Positions 12,522-25,918 of a DNA stretch of 64,000 nucleotides are shown piece by piece. Numbering within the stretch: position 1 is the first letter of the stretch; each line of letters starts with the position of its first letter. Origin of the DNA: Squalus acanthias (taxonomy: Eukaryota); assembly GCA_030390025.1 (NCBI GenBank), contig CM059431.1, forward strand, positions 131,628,001 through 131,692,000, written 5' to 3'. Below the pieces are notes generated by a model. It saw only the letters and a program-made list of their open reading frames with translations, had not been told where the DNA came from and searched no databases. Made by a program: the position numbers and the translations under genes.

Positions 12522-13205
12522 GGCCTAGAAATTCAGCCACGCAGTACCTGATTTTCAAGCACTAAATGGCTTCCTAAGCCTTTAATATGGTGGGCAGGAA
12601 GTGGATGCTCATTACGAGCCGTAAGTGTCCGCCTTATTGATAAAGGCCAAAAAATTGGAGTGCAGTGCCCAAGCGTGAAACAGGTATTAGGCCCTTTGCA
12701 TACACAACTAAGGAGCCTAATGCCTGTTTGATGCCGCATTGCAAGATTGGTTTGCCTTGAGCCAGCATCAGCTGCACTGAAGAAAACCAGGTCTACATGT
12801 GGCTCAGCATGCAGTCCTTAAAGGTCGCAATCAACAAGGTAAGATCTTAAAATATACTTACCTGAATGTGGAGCCACATTCAAAGAAGGCGGGCCACCGC
12901 TCCCAACCCCTGATCAACGCAGCTACCTGCCTGATCTCCGCCAACTCCCCCACCCTCCCCACCCCGGCCACTGCTACCTCCCGACCCAGTCGCTCCCCTT
13001 CCCAATTGCCTTCCTTCATCCCTTACTTGAGGGTCATTGCTAGAGTTCCAGTGGCCCGATCTTCAATCCCGCTTCGCTGGCGAACTGTCTGTTATTGTCC
13101 GCAGCTCACCAGCTCCATGGTAATGAGGCCTGAGATCCAATATTGGGCACGACTCGGGCCTCACCATTCAGATGCAGGGATTGTGCGCTCCCAAATTTGT
13201 AGGAC
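12522..13205. mobile_element. Probable Harbinger-type MITE
   Basis: GC-rich island bounded by GGCCTAGAAATTC ... CAAATTTGTAGGAC (degenerate TIR pair); TSD not clean. Confidence 0.55.
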
Positions 13206-15679
13206 ATTTTGTTTAAATCTAGTAAGATAACTCATTATTGTGTGGAAACATAGCATGTTTATTTTTTTGCATTATTATGTGAAGACATATTATTGTGATT
13301 GAACTAAGTGAGTGCAGGATTTGTTTGGCCTATGCATTACTTTCACAACTGAATTCATCCCAAATGTTTGTAAAAAAAAACCTTAGCAAATTAACATTAA
13401 CTCAAAAAACAAGCAGCTCTGAAAAATGTATTGATTTCAAAAGTGTGTGATACGCATTCAGAGGTGACGTCTCTTGGTTATACTCAGCCACAAAAAATAA
13501 AGAGGGTGGACAAGGATGCACGAAGGGTGCTATAATGGAAGTGACACTGAAATGTTACCTGTAATGGAGTCAAATAGTTTTTGGGACAGCTTTTCTTTTA
13601 CAAAGCTATGTTTCAGGAAATGGTTTTTAGATACTTTCCTTTAATCTAGTTCCTTCTGTAGTCATTCACATTCTTGGTTTGTCAGCTGTCTGGATGGGAC
13701 AAAGGGACACTTCTCTAGTTTCCAGATAATCTTCATTAATTGGCAGCTAAGAGTAGAGCCACCTCTGGGTAAAAACTATGGGCTTTCTTTTTAATATAGC
13801 TCAGTATCTAAATGTATTTTCAGGTTTCTTGTTCAGATTAACATTATTTTGTCAAGTACCTCACCAAAAATGAAAGTTCGGTATAACAGCTTTAAGGTTG
13901 ATCCTACTACCTGTACTGGGGAGATAATGTGACATTGTTAACACAGACTGGTCCGAGAAATACAGACTGATCACTGTTTACTCTTTTAAGTGGTTGGGAG
14001 TGATGCTAACCTGAATAAAATTGATTCTTCTCATCCATCTTCATGGTGTGTGCAGCACATGGTGTTGTAACTTACCAGGATGATGATCATCAACTTATTT
14101 AGTTGGTGAATTACGTTGCTTTGTTTGTTTTTAGTCTATTTCAGTGAAGTTGTCTATTTCAGTGGGATGTATTTACGAGTGAGGAGGGCTTTTGATTAAA
14201 TTGATCTCTTTATATTTCAATTGATTAATTATGTTTCAAAGGTTATCACTCCATGACACCTATAGAAACATTCTTTCACTTGAAAGACATAGTAGGTTTA
14301 TTTTTGTGCAATTCCTGTTTGAGTAAATCAATACCTCTTCACATGTATCTTTGAGACTGCTTGTACAGTTTTTCCCAACACTTCCAATTGTGCAGGAGTA
14401 GAATCCAGCTACAGCTGAACTCAGTATTCTACTGGGGCAGAGCCAAAATCCAAACTGATTGAAATAAAATCAATACTTAAGAAATATGTAAAGGACATTG
14501 TCAACTTTATGAAAACAGCACATAAAATTTGTAAATCAGAATTAATGAGCAAGAACAAAGTAAAGGGGTGGGCAATCAAGGTTCGAATGTTACCATTTCA
14601 TCTTTGGGACTTTGGTTTGGGTCCAGTCCAGACAGCTGCAAGTAATTTAGCTGATGGCTGTGAAGGGTTTTAGGTGAAATGTGTTTGACCAGTAACAACC
14701 TACTCCCATTGGACACGGGTACACAGCACAAAACTGAACATAATTCAAAAACATTTGGCACTGGTTGGGAAATCGCCATCAGGGAGCCTATCATGATGAC
14801 TGGTGGGGAAATGTAAATGCCACTATGGTGCAGTAGGGGTGTTCTGCTGAGCTTGGAGTTGAAGCTTGTTCTTGGAACAATTTGAAAAGAGCTCTGAACT
14901 GTATTTGCCCTATTCTGAGTTTCTGACCTGACAGTGCTAATTGTTGGCAGTAAACTCAAAGAGAAAATAACGTTCCACTCCCCAGAGCTATCATTTCCAC
15001 ATTTACCTTGTTTATCCGGAGACATGTTGCTGACTGTTGTTCAGCATTTGGATTGCACAATCACATATATATATCTAGAAGCTTGATGATATGGATGGAA
15101 GAGATGCATAGAGTGCATGAGTATCAGCTGGAATAGCAGTAGGAGTTGGGTGAAGTTCCGCCATCTGTTTATACTGGGATAAGTTTCTTAAGGAAACTCT
15201 TGCATTGGAAACTGCCCCTGTCGTGGGTCTCATTGACTCTGGCATTAACTCAGAATCATAGTGTGCAGAGTGACAGATGTTAGATTTTCAGGGTAAACCT
15301 GACCTTTTGTCACTGTAAACAAGACTTTGTCCTAACTTGTATGGGAAAAAGAAATTATGGAAATGAAGTAATTCAAAATAGATTGACTGACCAGTCTCAG
15401 TTTTATATTGAAACGTGTTGAAACCCATTTTTGCATGCCAGAAGCTAAAATTCCCATGTCTGTACTCCTCACGTTGATTTTGAAGTTGCCTTCCCCTATA
15501 AACAGGCTCATGCTGCTGAACCAGGCAGGGGTGCCAGCAGTACCCCAAGCAAAAATCTGGGCATCCCTGTTGTCTGCTTTGCAGGGAGTTCGTAAAAAGA
15601 CAGCACTATTGTGCCATGCAGCCCTCGTCCAATCCAAGCCCTGAACCCTACTTAGCTCCCTGTAGTTTCTCTCGTCATT

Positions 15680-17122
15680 GCTCTTTCCAATCTCATTTTG
15701 TCCATGAAACTTGCTTCTTGCTCCCTTGACCCTATTCCACTGAATGTCTGATCACCCAATTTCTTTTCCTAGTTTGCGTGCTATCTGGTATTGTAAATGG
15801 TTGCTTCTCATCTGGCACTATTTTCCTTCTTTTTAAATCACTGTCATCACACCCTGCCTCAAAACAAATCCTTGATCCCTCTGTCCTCGCTAACTATCAC
15901 CCCATCTCCAAGCTTCCTTTCTTCTCCAATATTTTGAACATCGCTTCCCAGTTTCATGTGCATCTCTCCCGCTACTTCCTGTTTGAATCTCTCCAATCAG
16001 GTTTCGGTCCCTTCTAGAACACTGAAACAACCCTAACCAAAGCCACAAATGACATTCTGTGTGACTTTGGTGCATTATCCCTCTTTTTCCTCCTTGACCT
16101 CTCTGCAGCTTTTGAAATGGGCAAGCACACCATCCTCCTCTAACATCTCTCCTCTGTTGTTTATCTCAGCTCTGTAGGACTACCCTTGTGTGGTTTCGTG
16201 CGACCTATCTGACCACAGCCAAAGCATCTCTAGTGATGGCTTCTCTTTCGATGCCTACACTGTCACCTCCAGAGACACTCAAAGATCCATCCTTGTGTCC
16301 CTCTTCTTCCTCATCCACATGCAGGCCCCTGGCAACACCAAGTCAGCTTCCATATGTACAGCCAGCTCTACCTCTGCACCATCACACTCGATCCTTCTAC
16401 TACCTCTGGTCTGTTTGTCTGACACCCAGTTTTGGATGAACCTTAACTTCTTCCAACTAAACATTTGGAAAGACTGAAAGCATTTTCTTCGGTCCCTGGC
16501 ACAGACTTTGCTCCTTCGCCACTGACTCCATCCCTTTCCCTGATCATTCTCTCAGACTAAATCGCACTGTTCCCAGTCTCAAAATCCTGTTTGACCCTGA
16601 GCTAAGTTTTCATCCTTATATCCTCTCCATCCCTAAGGCTTCTATTTCCATACCATGCCTCCTCCACTCCTACCTCAGCCTTCCTGTCAGTAAAACACAC
16701 ATTTATACCGTTGTCATCTCCAGACATACATATTTCAATGTGCTTCTTGCTAGCCTCCTAGCCTCCTCTGTCCACAAACTACACATCATCCAAAACACTG
16801 CTGCTCCTGTCCTATCCCGCACCAAGTACCGTTCACCCATCACTCCCATCCTTGCTGATCTACATTGGTTCCCCCTTCACCATCATCTCAAATTTAAGAT
16901 TTTCGTCCTTGTCTCTAAATTCCTCAGTGGCCTTACTCTCTGGAACTCCCTCTCCAAACCTCACCACTTCTCCCCATCCTTCAAGTCTCTCCTCAAGGCC
17001 AAACCATTGATCACCCCTCTGAACCTTTCCTTCAGCCTGGTGTCCATTTACCCCCACGCCTCTGTGTAGCACCATGGAACATTTTTCTACATTAAATATT
17101 ACTGTATAAATGAAAATTGTTG
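15680..17122 (+). mobile_element. Degenerate L2-clade LINE
   Basis: ANYHPISKLPFFS, LQSGF, LLDLSAAF, IQNTAAPVLSRTK...ITPILADLHW; L2-type 3' tail CTGTGTAGCACC...TATAAATG. Confidence 0.8.
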
Positions 17123-18349
17123 CTGCACCCTCTGTCCTAGAAATATTTTTATGATTGACAGTTACAGGTTGTGTACAAAACTGGCTGATGAATGTAGCCT
17201 CAAGTTTTGAAGCTCTGCAGTCTTTTCCCAGTTTTTTATTAACTGAAATTAGTAACAGATGCCACAGAGATGCAGCCAAAGCTTCAGCTTCAGAAATACA
17301 AAAAGGAAGAGGCCCAAATGCGATGAGACACAAATAGTTAGAGATAGAAGCAGAAAGAAATTGAGGGATAGGGAATGTCTCTAATGAGAGAACCAGAGTT
17401 TGACATGCAGGGACAGACTGAAAGATCTAAAGACGGACATTCCCTGATTCTAACATGGTAAATTCACTTAAACGTTTTTGCGCTACTCACGTGGGGAAAA
17501 CCACACATACACAGAGCATTTCTATTTAAGAAATCGACAAATAATTTTATAACTTGACCTTGTATTGAACATGGGGGCATATAATTGCCAAGCTTACCTT
17601 CACAAAGTCTATCTTGATTTAAAGTCAATCACCACGCCTCCCCCAAACTCTGCCCTGTGTCCAATTTCACTGAGCAAAGGTGGCCACCCTAGCATTACAT
17701 GCTATATTTCTGCAATTGAATTTAGGTTGAATTCAAAGCCATTAGAGTTCTAAAAATGTATAATACCTGGGTATTTGTTACAGCAAGCAGTATTGTTGCC
17801 TGGCAACAAATGCTATCTGTCCATCATCAGATCTTTGCTAACAGTCAGTGCAACCCCACAGTGTCTGCGATGTAAACAGAATATTGTTTGTTCATTGTTC
17901 TGGCAGTACTCAGAATCAATGTTGTTGTGTGTGAGGTACTGCTTTAGATTTAGTTTGGTGGGGATTTTGTGTGTGTGTTCTGCTTGATCTTGCATTACTC
18001 CATTCACAGTACCTGTCTGTGTCATTTCTAAATTTGGGACAAGTACCACTATATTGAAATCTGAATTGTAGCATTGTAGTGGTATATTCTGATACGTGTC
18101 ATTGTAACTGTTATACTTTCACTCAGCGCAGTATGATTTACATGAAGAGATAACAGCTTTATCTGATCTGCTGTCAGAAGGTGATGAATAGGATTACTGC
18201 TGATATTATCCCTTTTCTATCCCATGGGTGCCATTTCCTCTAAGCTCCCATGGAGAATGACTTTGTTGCTGTAGCTACCAAGCAGATAGCTTAAGCAGAA
18301 ACAAATTTGTCTGGTGACATGAATTACTATAGGGCCTCCTCTAATGTGC

Positions 18350-19400
18350 CAATGAGTTTAGCCAGTGAGTAGCAGAACTATACAGGCCCGTGAAAACCCA
18401 GGTTAAATTCCATGGGGTGAAAATTGGCTCGTGTCCCCTTTGGGGCGATAACTTCTCCGGGGCGCGACTTTTAGCGTCCCGAAAAAGTTAGTGCCCCTGC
18501 GCCCGAAATTCAATGGTAGCGCCCCAAGCAGGAGGCGGGGTGCTACTGGAAGCGCTCCCCCTCCATCTTGGGGCGCTCCCATTGAATATCGCGGCGCTAC
18601 GTGCAGCAGCGCCACGGGTGCCACATAGCGCTGTGATACTACAGGCCTCCCTCCCCTGATTAAAGGGGAGGGTCCTAGCGCAGTGCACACCGGGACCCTG
18701 CTGGACCACCGGGGAGCGGGGTGCCAGCAAAAGGGCCCGGCACTCAAGAGGAGTGCCGAGCTGACGGATTGCGGCTGGCACCCCACAGGAGGAGGTCAGA
18801 GGGAGCAGGTGCTGGTAGGCGGCCCAAAAAGAAATGGTCGCCCGGCACCTGCCCTTTAATTATTGCCGCCCCAGCCACAAAAACGCCCTCTTGACCCTGT
18901 CGGACATAGTGTCCAGCGGTAGGTCAGGGGGCGCGAGTCAAGTTTGCACCCGGGGTGCTGCGCACGGCGATGACATCATCGCTGGAGGCGCAGCGCCGCG
19001 GGGGCGCTACCGGCTACCGCCATCGCTAACCTCCCGCTGAATTTCGTGGGAGGCGTTAGCGGCGCTGCACCTGGGAGCTAGTTGCTTTGTGCCCGTTAGG
19101 GCGCTAATGAGGCGCAAAGCAACTGAATATTCCCCCTAATCTTTGCTGAGTTAACTGAACTAAGCAGTATGGGCAGTATAATTGGTCTCAGTGTTCCAGG
19201 ATTAGGGATGGACCAAGTTCCTTCCCCTATGCTATGCTGTGACTCCTTCTGTAAAGTATGTTAGTGCAGAGAGTTTGTGAGGGTATGATTGAGTTTGGGT
19301 GTGTTACACCCAATGATGGAATAGCCTGCTGTCCAAGCTTTCTCACAAATAATGTTCACTTTGGGCCATCATCCATAGAGCCATACCACAGCCAAAAATC
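18350..19400 (+). mobile_element. Old tRNA-derived SINE-like repeat split by the 18414-19136 MITE
   Basis: B-box-like CCAGGTTAAATTCC ends at the MITE; the sequence resumes TCTTTGCTGAGTTAACTGA...ATTGGTCTCAGTG. Recalled as a shark SINE-like repeat, not verified. Confidence 0.35.
18414..19136. mobile_element. Harbinger-type MITE (family A)
   Basis: GGGGTGAAAATTG ... GAATATTCCCCC termini; reverse-complement homologue of 85-737. Confidence 0.8.
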
Positions 19401-20529
19401 AATTTTCAAGAGGGGAGGGGAGAACATTTGTGAGAGAATTAAAACAATGTTCTCTTTGTGACAAAATATTTCTTAATGTAGCTTATCAAGTAAGCTGATT
19501 TGAAAAGCACTCACTGGAGAATATTTGAGACCCGTGCTATTTTAACTTCTGGGCCTCAGTCACATGCCGCAAGTCAACTTCACGCCTGTTCCGGTTGGTA
19601 AGCAGCTGCTGGCTCCAGAAAATGATTTTCAAGTTTGTGGTAGTATAGGGGACTCTGGCACACTGTTTATGGAGGGGGATTGTGGCTTAACAATACTGTG
19701 ATGGGGACATGGAGCCTGGCAGCACTGAGGATATGGCTGGACCCTGGCAGTAAATGAGAGAGGATTTGGGGTCTATCATCGCTGGGTGGGGGAGCTAGGA
19801 GGCTGTGTTCACTTCCCCCCCTTCTGTGTTGTGCTGGCTGAGTAGAAACAAAGCAAAAAACTAAGGTCATGCCCACCTGACTTGTATTTATTTATTTACT
19901 TATTTTGGTAGCAGAGATTTTAGCAAACGTTGAACTGTCATTTACTGACCATCTTCCTTCCTTTCTTGGCGGATAGTCAGATTTTTCCAGAGCTAAAATG
20001 GGAACCTTCTAATTGTCACAAGCTGGAAACTAAGGTTGATCACTCTTAGAGTTTGGAAAATATTGGCCGGACACCCCAAGTGCACAATACAAACTCTGAA
20101 AATGGATTACAATCTGAGCCTTAGGTTTTTGAGGAAGGGGCACCCTGAGCAGAGGAAAGTGATTGCAGATTCTTTGAAGATAATAGTTGAGTGTATTAGA
20201 AAATGTAGAGATTTTATGAAAATTATATAATGTTTTATGTGTTTAAAATTTAATATTATGGTGTTTATAGTTAAAAAGTAATATGGAAAAGAAATTGGCA
20301 AAATATTTTGAGCAATTTAATTGGATGGTTTTGTGGAAGTTGCCTGTTCCAGGTTGGTAGCTTTCAGGGGGAAAAAAGTGATTTGTTTTATTTTTGTGCA
20401 CGTTGGTGGTTCCTTATTTGTAATGGTGCCTTTTCCTTCCTGTCTAGTGCCAATTAGATATTTGAACAAATCCAAATGATTAACTGAATAGACAGTGGTT
20501 ATTTCCACCAATCATTATGGGTTATTTAT

Positions 20530-20860
20530 CAAGAAAGAAAGACAACAAAAGGGACATCTCAAAATGATTGACATGCAATTATTTTTGAGTGCAATGTCTA
20601 TTGTTATATAGGCAAGTGCAGCAGCCATTTTGCACTTATAAGATCCCACAAAGATCAATGAGATGAATAACCAGTTACTTTATTTTGGTATTGATTGAGG
20701 GAGGAATGATGGACAGGATACCAGGAAAATTGCTGCTTCTTCTTCAAATATTGCCAGGGGATCTTCCAAATCAGTTTGGACCGAACCTCAGTATTAAGTA
20801 TCATCTAAAGGACATCTCCTTTCAACAGTGTTCCAGTTTACAATATGTGCTCAAGTCCTG
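20530..20860 (-). mobile_element. Highly diverged DeuSINE (SacSINE1-like) copy
   Basis: GCAGCCATTTTGCAC...GATCCCACAAA and CTGCTTCTTCTTCAAATA...GGGATCTT align with 63497-63906. Confidence 0.6.
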
Positions 20861-21623
20861 TGGTGAGACACCCTGGTTATGATGTATGCAATTAGGGTGT
20901 GAAGGACAAAGGCTGCGATTTCCCCTATCTCGGAGGGTCCGTGGCGGGCGACGTCGGTGACGGGTCCTGACCCCACTGCTGGCTCCAGCCCGCTGTCCAA
21001 AATGATTTTACCCGAATTGTGCTTGTTAATCCCGCCCAGTGCATTTGCCAGCCAATTAAAGGAAGCGGGTCCAATGACGTCATTTGATAAAAGTTCCAAC
21101 AAAAGGCTATTAATTAAACTCAAAGCTGCTGACTTTCAGTGGGGGACACTGCAAATGGCCTTGCTGGTCGACTTGAGGAGCTGGTGGCTGGGAGTGTCAA
21201 ATCGAGTGACAGTGTTTCTTCTTCTTCTTCACACTCCTTTCCCTCTTCTTGGTCACCCACTGGCTGAGCAGGCTGCATTTCTTGGGTGTGTGAAATGAGG
21301 CAGGCACAAGAGTGGAGTTGTGGTGAGGGGAGGGCGGGAATGCATGAGGTGCATGCCAGAAGGAGGATAACGTATGAGGATACCAGCATCTTATATCCTT
21401 TCAGCCCTGACACTGGCCAAGGGCTCAGCCATGCCCCTGCCAAGAATGGCCTGCATCGTCTCCTCCAAGGGGGCGAGGTGAGGCTAGGAATGGGAGATGC
21501 GCCTCATGATTGGTGCAGATTGTTGGTAGGTGAGTGATTGCGGTGGGGGGCCGTGCATTGAGTAGTGTGTGAGGCTAGTGGTGCAGTTGGTAGGAGGCGG
21601 GTTTTGACGATGCATTCACTGAC

Positions 21624-21845
21624 CTTGACCAGTGGTCTGAGGTCATGAAGCTTCTTTGGGCACTGGAACCAGGTGGTGGGGCGACACTGCTGGCAGTGAC
21701 GGTCTCTGGTCCCACATCGTTCTTTCTGGAGGGCCTCCTTGCACCCTGTGGGTAGAGGACCTCTCTTGCAGTGTTGACCCCCTGCTCAAAGCTGGAGTGC
21801 TGCGTGCGAGACCCTGGGTGCCCCTTCCCTGGCTTGCTGAGCCAT
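21624..21845 (-). pseudogene. Harbinger Myb/SANT-like exon 1 remnant
   Basis: MAQQAREGAPRVSHAAL...EVLYPQG...QCPKKLHDL...VK followed by a GTCAGT donor; parallels 26878-27120. Exon 3-like EEEETLSLDLTLPATSS at ~21170-21230. Confidence 0.75.
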
Positions 21846-22289
21846 TTGTGTTAGTGCTGAAGCACTTTTTCCATTTTTTTAGGTGCGGAAGGCAATTCAG
21901 CTTTAAGAGCTGAAGACTCCCATTTGGGAATTCTTTCTTTTTTCAGAAGGCAGTTGCGCTGTAAGGGTTAAAAACTGCATATTTTTACATCATTTTTATT
22001 TTATCATTTCAGACGTTTCAGAAAGTTCCCCTTTAAGAGACCGAACTGCTTTCTGAAATGACAGCCTCGCTTTAACAGAAGGGTGTTCTTGTGGCAATGA
22101 TGCTATGGCCATGCTTCATTTTGGGCCTCCTGCCGGGACAGCCGCCACCAGAATGGCGTTGCACGGTAATTTTAGCGCTCGCTAATGTTAATTATCCACC
22201 AGTGCCAATTTACCGGTCCTGCCAGCGCCACCATTTTCGGCGGCCGTTAACACCGGCCCACAGTGTCACCGGCAGGTCTTTATTATAAA

Positions 22290-23645
22290 GGCTAGAATCT
22301 ATTATAAAGGATGCAAAAACTGGGCACTTAGAAACTAATAGTAAGATTGGGCAGAGTCAGCATGGATTTATGAAATGGAAATCCTGTTTGACAAACCTAT
22401 TGGAGTTCTTTGAGGCTGTAACTAGTGGAGTAGACAAAGGGGAACCGGTAGATGTGGTGTATCTGGATTTTCAGAAGGCCTTCGATAAGGTCCCACACAA
22501 GAGGTTGGTGAACAAAATTAGGGCACATGGAATTGGGGGTAATATACTAGCATGGATTGAGAATTGGTTAACAGACAGAAAACAAAGAGTCGGGATAAAC
22601 GGGTCTTTTTCAGGATAGCAGGCTGTGACTAGTGGGGTGCCGCAAGGATCGGTGCTTGGGCCCCAGCTATTCACAATCTGTATCAATGATTTGGATGAGG
22701 GGACTAAATGTAACATTTCCAAATTTGCTGATGATACAAAGCTAGGTTGCAGTGTCAGTTGTGAAGAGGATGTGAAGAGGCTTCAAGGGGATCTCGACAG
22801 ACTCAGTGAGTGGGCGAGAACATGGCAGATGGAATATAATGTGGATAAATGTGAAGTTATCCACTTTGGTAGAAAAAACAGAAAGGCAGAGTATTTCCTA
22901 AATGGTGAAAGATTGGGGAATGCAGATGCTCAAAGGGACCTGGGTGTCCTTGTACATGATTCACTGAAAGTGAATGTGCAGGTGCAGCAAGCCATTAGGA
23001 AGGCAAATGGTATGCTGGCCTTCATTACAAGAGGATTTGAGTACAGGAGTAAAGAAGTCTTACTCCAATTATATAGGGTCTTGGTGAGACCACACCTGGA
23101 GTACTGTGTATAATTTTGGTCTCCTTACCTAAGGAAGGATATACTTGCCATAGAGGGAGTGCAACGAAGGTTCACGAGATTGATTCCTGGGATGACGGGA
23201 CTGTCGTATGAGAAGAGATTGAGTAAACTAGGCCTGTATTCTCTTGAATTCAGAAGAATGAGAGGCGATCTCATTGAAGCATACAAAATTATTACAGGGC
23301 TTGATAGGATGGATGCTGGGAGAATGTTTCCCTTGGCTGGGGAGTCTAGAACAAGAACCTCAAGATAAAGGGTAGGCCATTCAGGACTGAGATGAGAAGA
23401 AATTTCTTCACACAGAGGGTGGTGAATCTTTGGAATTCTCTACCCCAGAGGGCTGTGGAGGCTCAGTCATTGGGTATATTCAAAACAGAAGTCGATAGAT
23501 TTCTGACTAGTAAGGGCTTCAAGGGATATGGCGATAGGGCCGGTGAATGGAGTTGAGGCAGAAGATCAGCCATGATCTTATTGAATGGCAGAGCAGGCTC
23601 GAAGGGCTGAATGGCCTACTCCTGCTCCTATTTCTTATGTTCTTA
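22290..23645 (+). mobile_element. 5'-truncated CR1 LINE
   Basis: RT motifs KSCLTNLLEFFE, YLDFQKAFDKVPH, GVPQGSVLGP, FADDTK; internal stops; tail TTCTTATGTTCTTA. Confidence 0.95.
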
Positions 23646-24696
23646 CGTTTAGCGATATCGAATTTTCAGCCCTATATTCCTGAGTAAAGCTGAACACACT
23701 GCTGGTCTATTTTAATTGGAACTAAGTCCAATTGAGGGGAATATCTACTGAGTCCAGTTGCATATTCTTCTTGTAACATTTTAATCTTCACAAAAATTCG
23801 CTTATGCACAATTACTTTTATACAGTGTTCATGTCATACAACTCAGAAATTAGGAAGTTTAGCAGAATAAAGTGGAATAATTTACCAGGCAGGTACAGTA
23901 ACATTTGAAAGTAGAGTGAAAACTGAAAATTAGGGACACCTAAGAGACTTTCATCCGGTGTCCTTATTTTCAAAACGGTCATTTTATGTACAGTATACCA
24001 GTTGAGCCAAATCCTGGGATTGGCTGTATCTTCTGCAGCGTTACTTCCCTTTTCTCGCCCTCACCTGGGATCGTGCCTAATTCTGGAGCCCTGCAGCAGG
24101 ATGTGATTTCAGTTCATTTTCTGTTCATTGGGTTTCCTAGTTCATTGTCATCCAAGGGTCCTTTTCCATTGAGGGAGGGATTTTCTGATCCTGGGATCTG
24201 TTACGTTGGCAGCCTGCACAGGGCGAGGTGGCTGCTGTATGACCGGAGTGCCTGGCAGATCCCAGCCAAATGGGGGGGGGGTTGGGGTACTATTATCCTG
24301 CAGACCCCTGTCCGGGACCCCCTCCCTCAGTGTGCTGCAGCTGCTCATGTTTGAAGTGCTGGAGAGTGTGTAGGGGGCTGTTAGCAGCTCATCAATACCT
24401 GACGTACTGCTGGAGTGCGATGTCTAGGGTTGCCAACTCTGATTGGAGGCATTCCTGGAGGTTTAATCATGTGATGTTCTGACCACACGACATCTGACCA
24501 TGTGATGCATGATCCCCAGTGTCCCGAACAGCCGGTCCCGGCTCTCTGCAGCGATGGGGGTGACGTCACTGGGCCGGAGGTGGGAAATTACACAGTGGAG
24601 CCCAGAGCAGCGGGCATGTGAATGTAAACTGAAGGTGATGTAAAATGGGGAGTTCTTTACCCGGCATCCATAGCGGCAGAGAAACTGCTCTATACA

Positions 24697-25162
24697 GTGT
24701 CAGCCTCAGTTAGTAGCACCCTCCTCACTGAGCCAGAAGGTTGTGGGTTCAAGTCCCTCTCCAGAGACATGAGCACAAAATCTAGGCTGACACTCCAAAG
24801 CAGAACTGAGGGAGTGCTGCACTGTTGGAGATGCCGTCTTTTGGATGAGACGTTAAACCGAAGCCCCATCTGCCCTCTCGGGTAAAAGATCCTGTGGCAC
24901 TATTTCAAAGAAGAGCAGGGAGTTATCCCCAGTGTCCTAGTCAATATTTATCCTCAATCAACATCACTTATAAAAAACAGGTTATCTGGTCATTATCACA
25001 TTGCTGTTTGTGGGAGCTTGCTGTGCGCAAATTGGCTACAACGTTTCCTACATTACAACAGTGACTACACTTCAAAAAGTACTTCATTGGCTGTAAAACA
25101 CTTTGGGATGTCGGTGGACATGAAACGCACTATATAAATGCAAGTTCTTTCTTTCTTTCTTT
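24697..25162 (+). mobile_element. DeuSINE (SacSINE1-like) tRNA-derived SINE
   Basis: tRNA-like head with B box GGTTCAAGTCC, Deu-domain-like GCCGTCTTTTGGATGAGACGTTAAACCG, L2-type tail CTATATAAATGCAAG(TTCT)n. Confidence 0.8.
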
Positions 25163-25918
25163 CCCTGGGATAGTCCCGTGCAAGCATTCAATCCCAGAGA
25201 TAGCGGTATCACTGCCGGTACGGATGCTGGGAAAAGAATTTCACAAAAGTTTTTTCTTTCACCCGCTGCCTCCTCGCACTTGCCTGCATGTCCCATGTTT
25301 TAAGCTGTAAACAGGCTTGGTGCATGGAAGTCTGTTCATAGTTTGTAATTTGCGAGTGTTCATGGTTTCAAGGTGCAGCTTGTATCTATTACAATGCAAT
25401 TTTTTTGGAAGGTGTCCATTTTTGGGGTGTCCTTTTGTACAGGTTTCAGTGTATAAATAGGTTTAAGAGGAATTTGAGGGCTGTTTTTCCGAAAGTGCTC
25501 TCCCAATCCTCGGGAAGCATGCATTCAGAAAATCAATCCTTGGATGTATTTCTGCAGCAAGAAGAGATTGAGAGATATGGTGAGAAGGTGGGTAATGAGG
25601 GTTCATGTATCAAAAATGGATGGTTTGTTGGCATCAATGTCTTTTCCTGTTTCCAATCTTCTTATGAAACAAAAGCATGTAAATCATGTGGTAATATAGT
25701 TTTGCAGCACTTTGCCAGTGTAGGCACCATGTTATTCTTCAGGCTGGGAAGGAATGTCCACAGTAATAATTCTTATATGAAGGGGCTATAGGTACCAAGG
25801 AGTAAAAGTTGGATATGGCCCAAAAACGGGCGGTGTCATGGCCCAGCGCTATTAAGCTGTGCCGGGTCAAACTGGTCTAGGCAGCACGCAAATTTCGTGC
25901 TCAGTCCTCATTAACATT

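Larger units (their letters stand above)
20911..23672 (-). mobile_element. Harbinger element (possibly composite) interrupted by a CR1 insertion
   Basis: Left terminus GGCTGCGATTTCCCC (20911); right terminus GAATTTTCAGCCC (to 23672) just after the CR1 tail; Myb-like exon remnants on minus. Flanking trinucleotides do not match. Confidence 0.6.
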
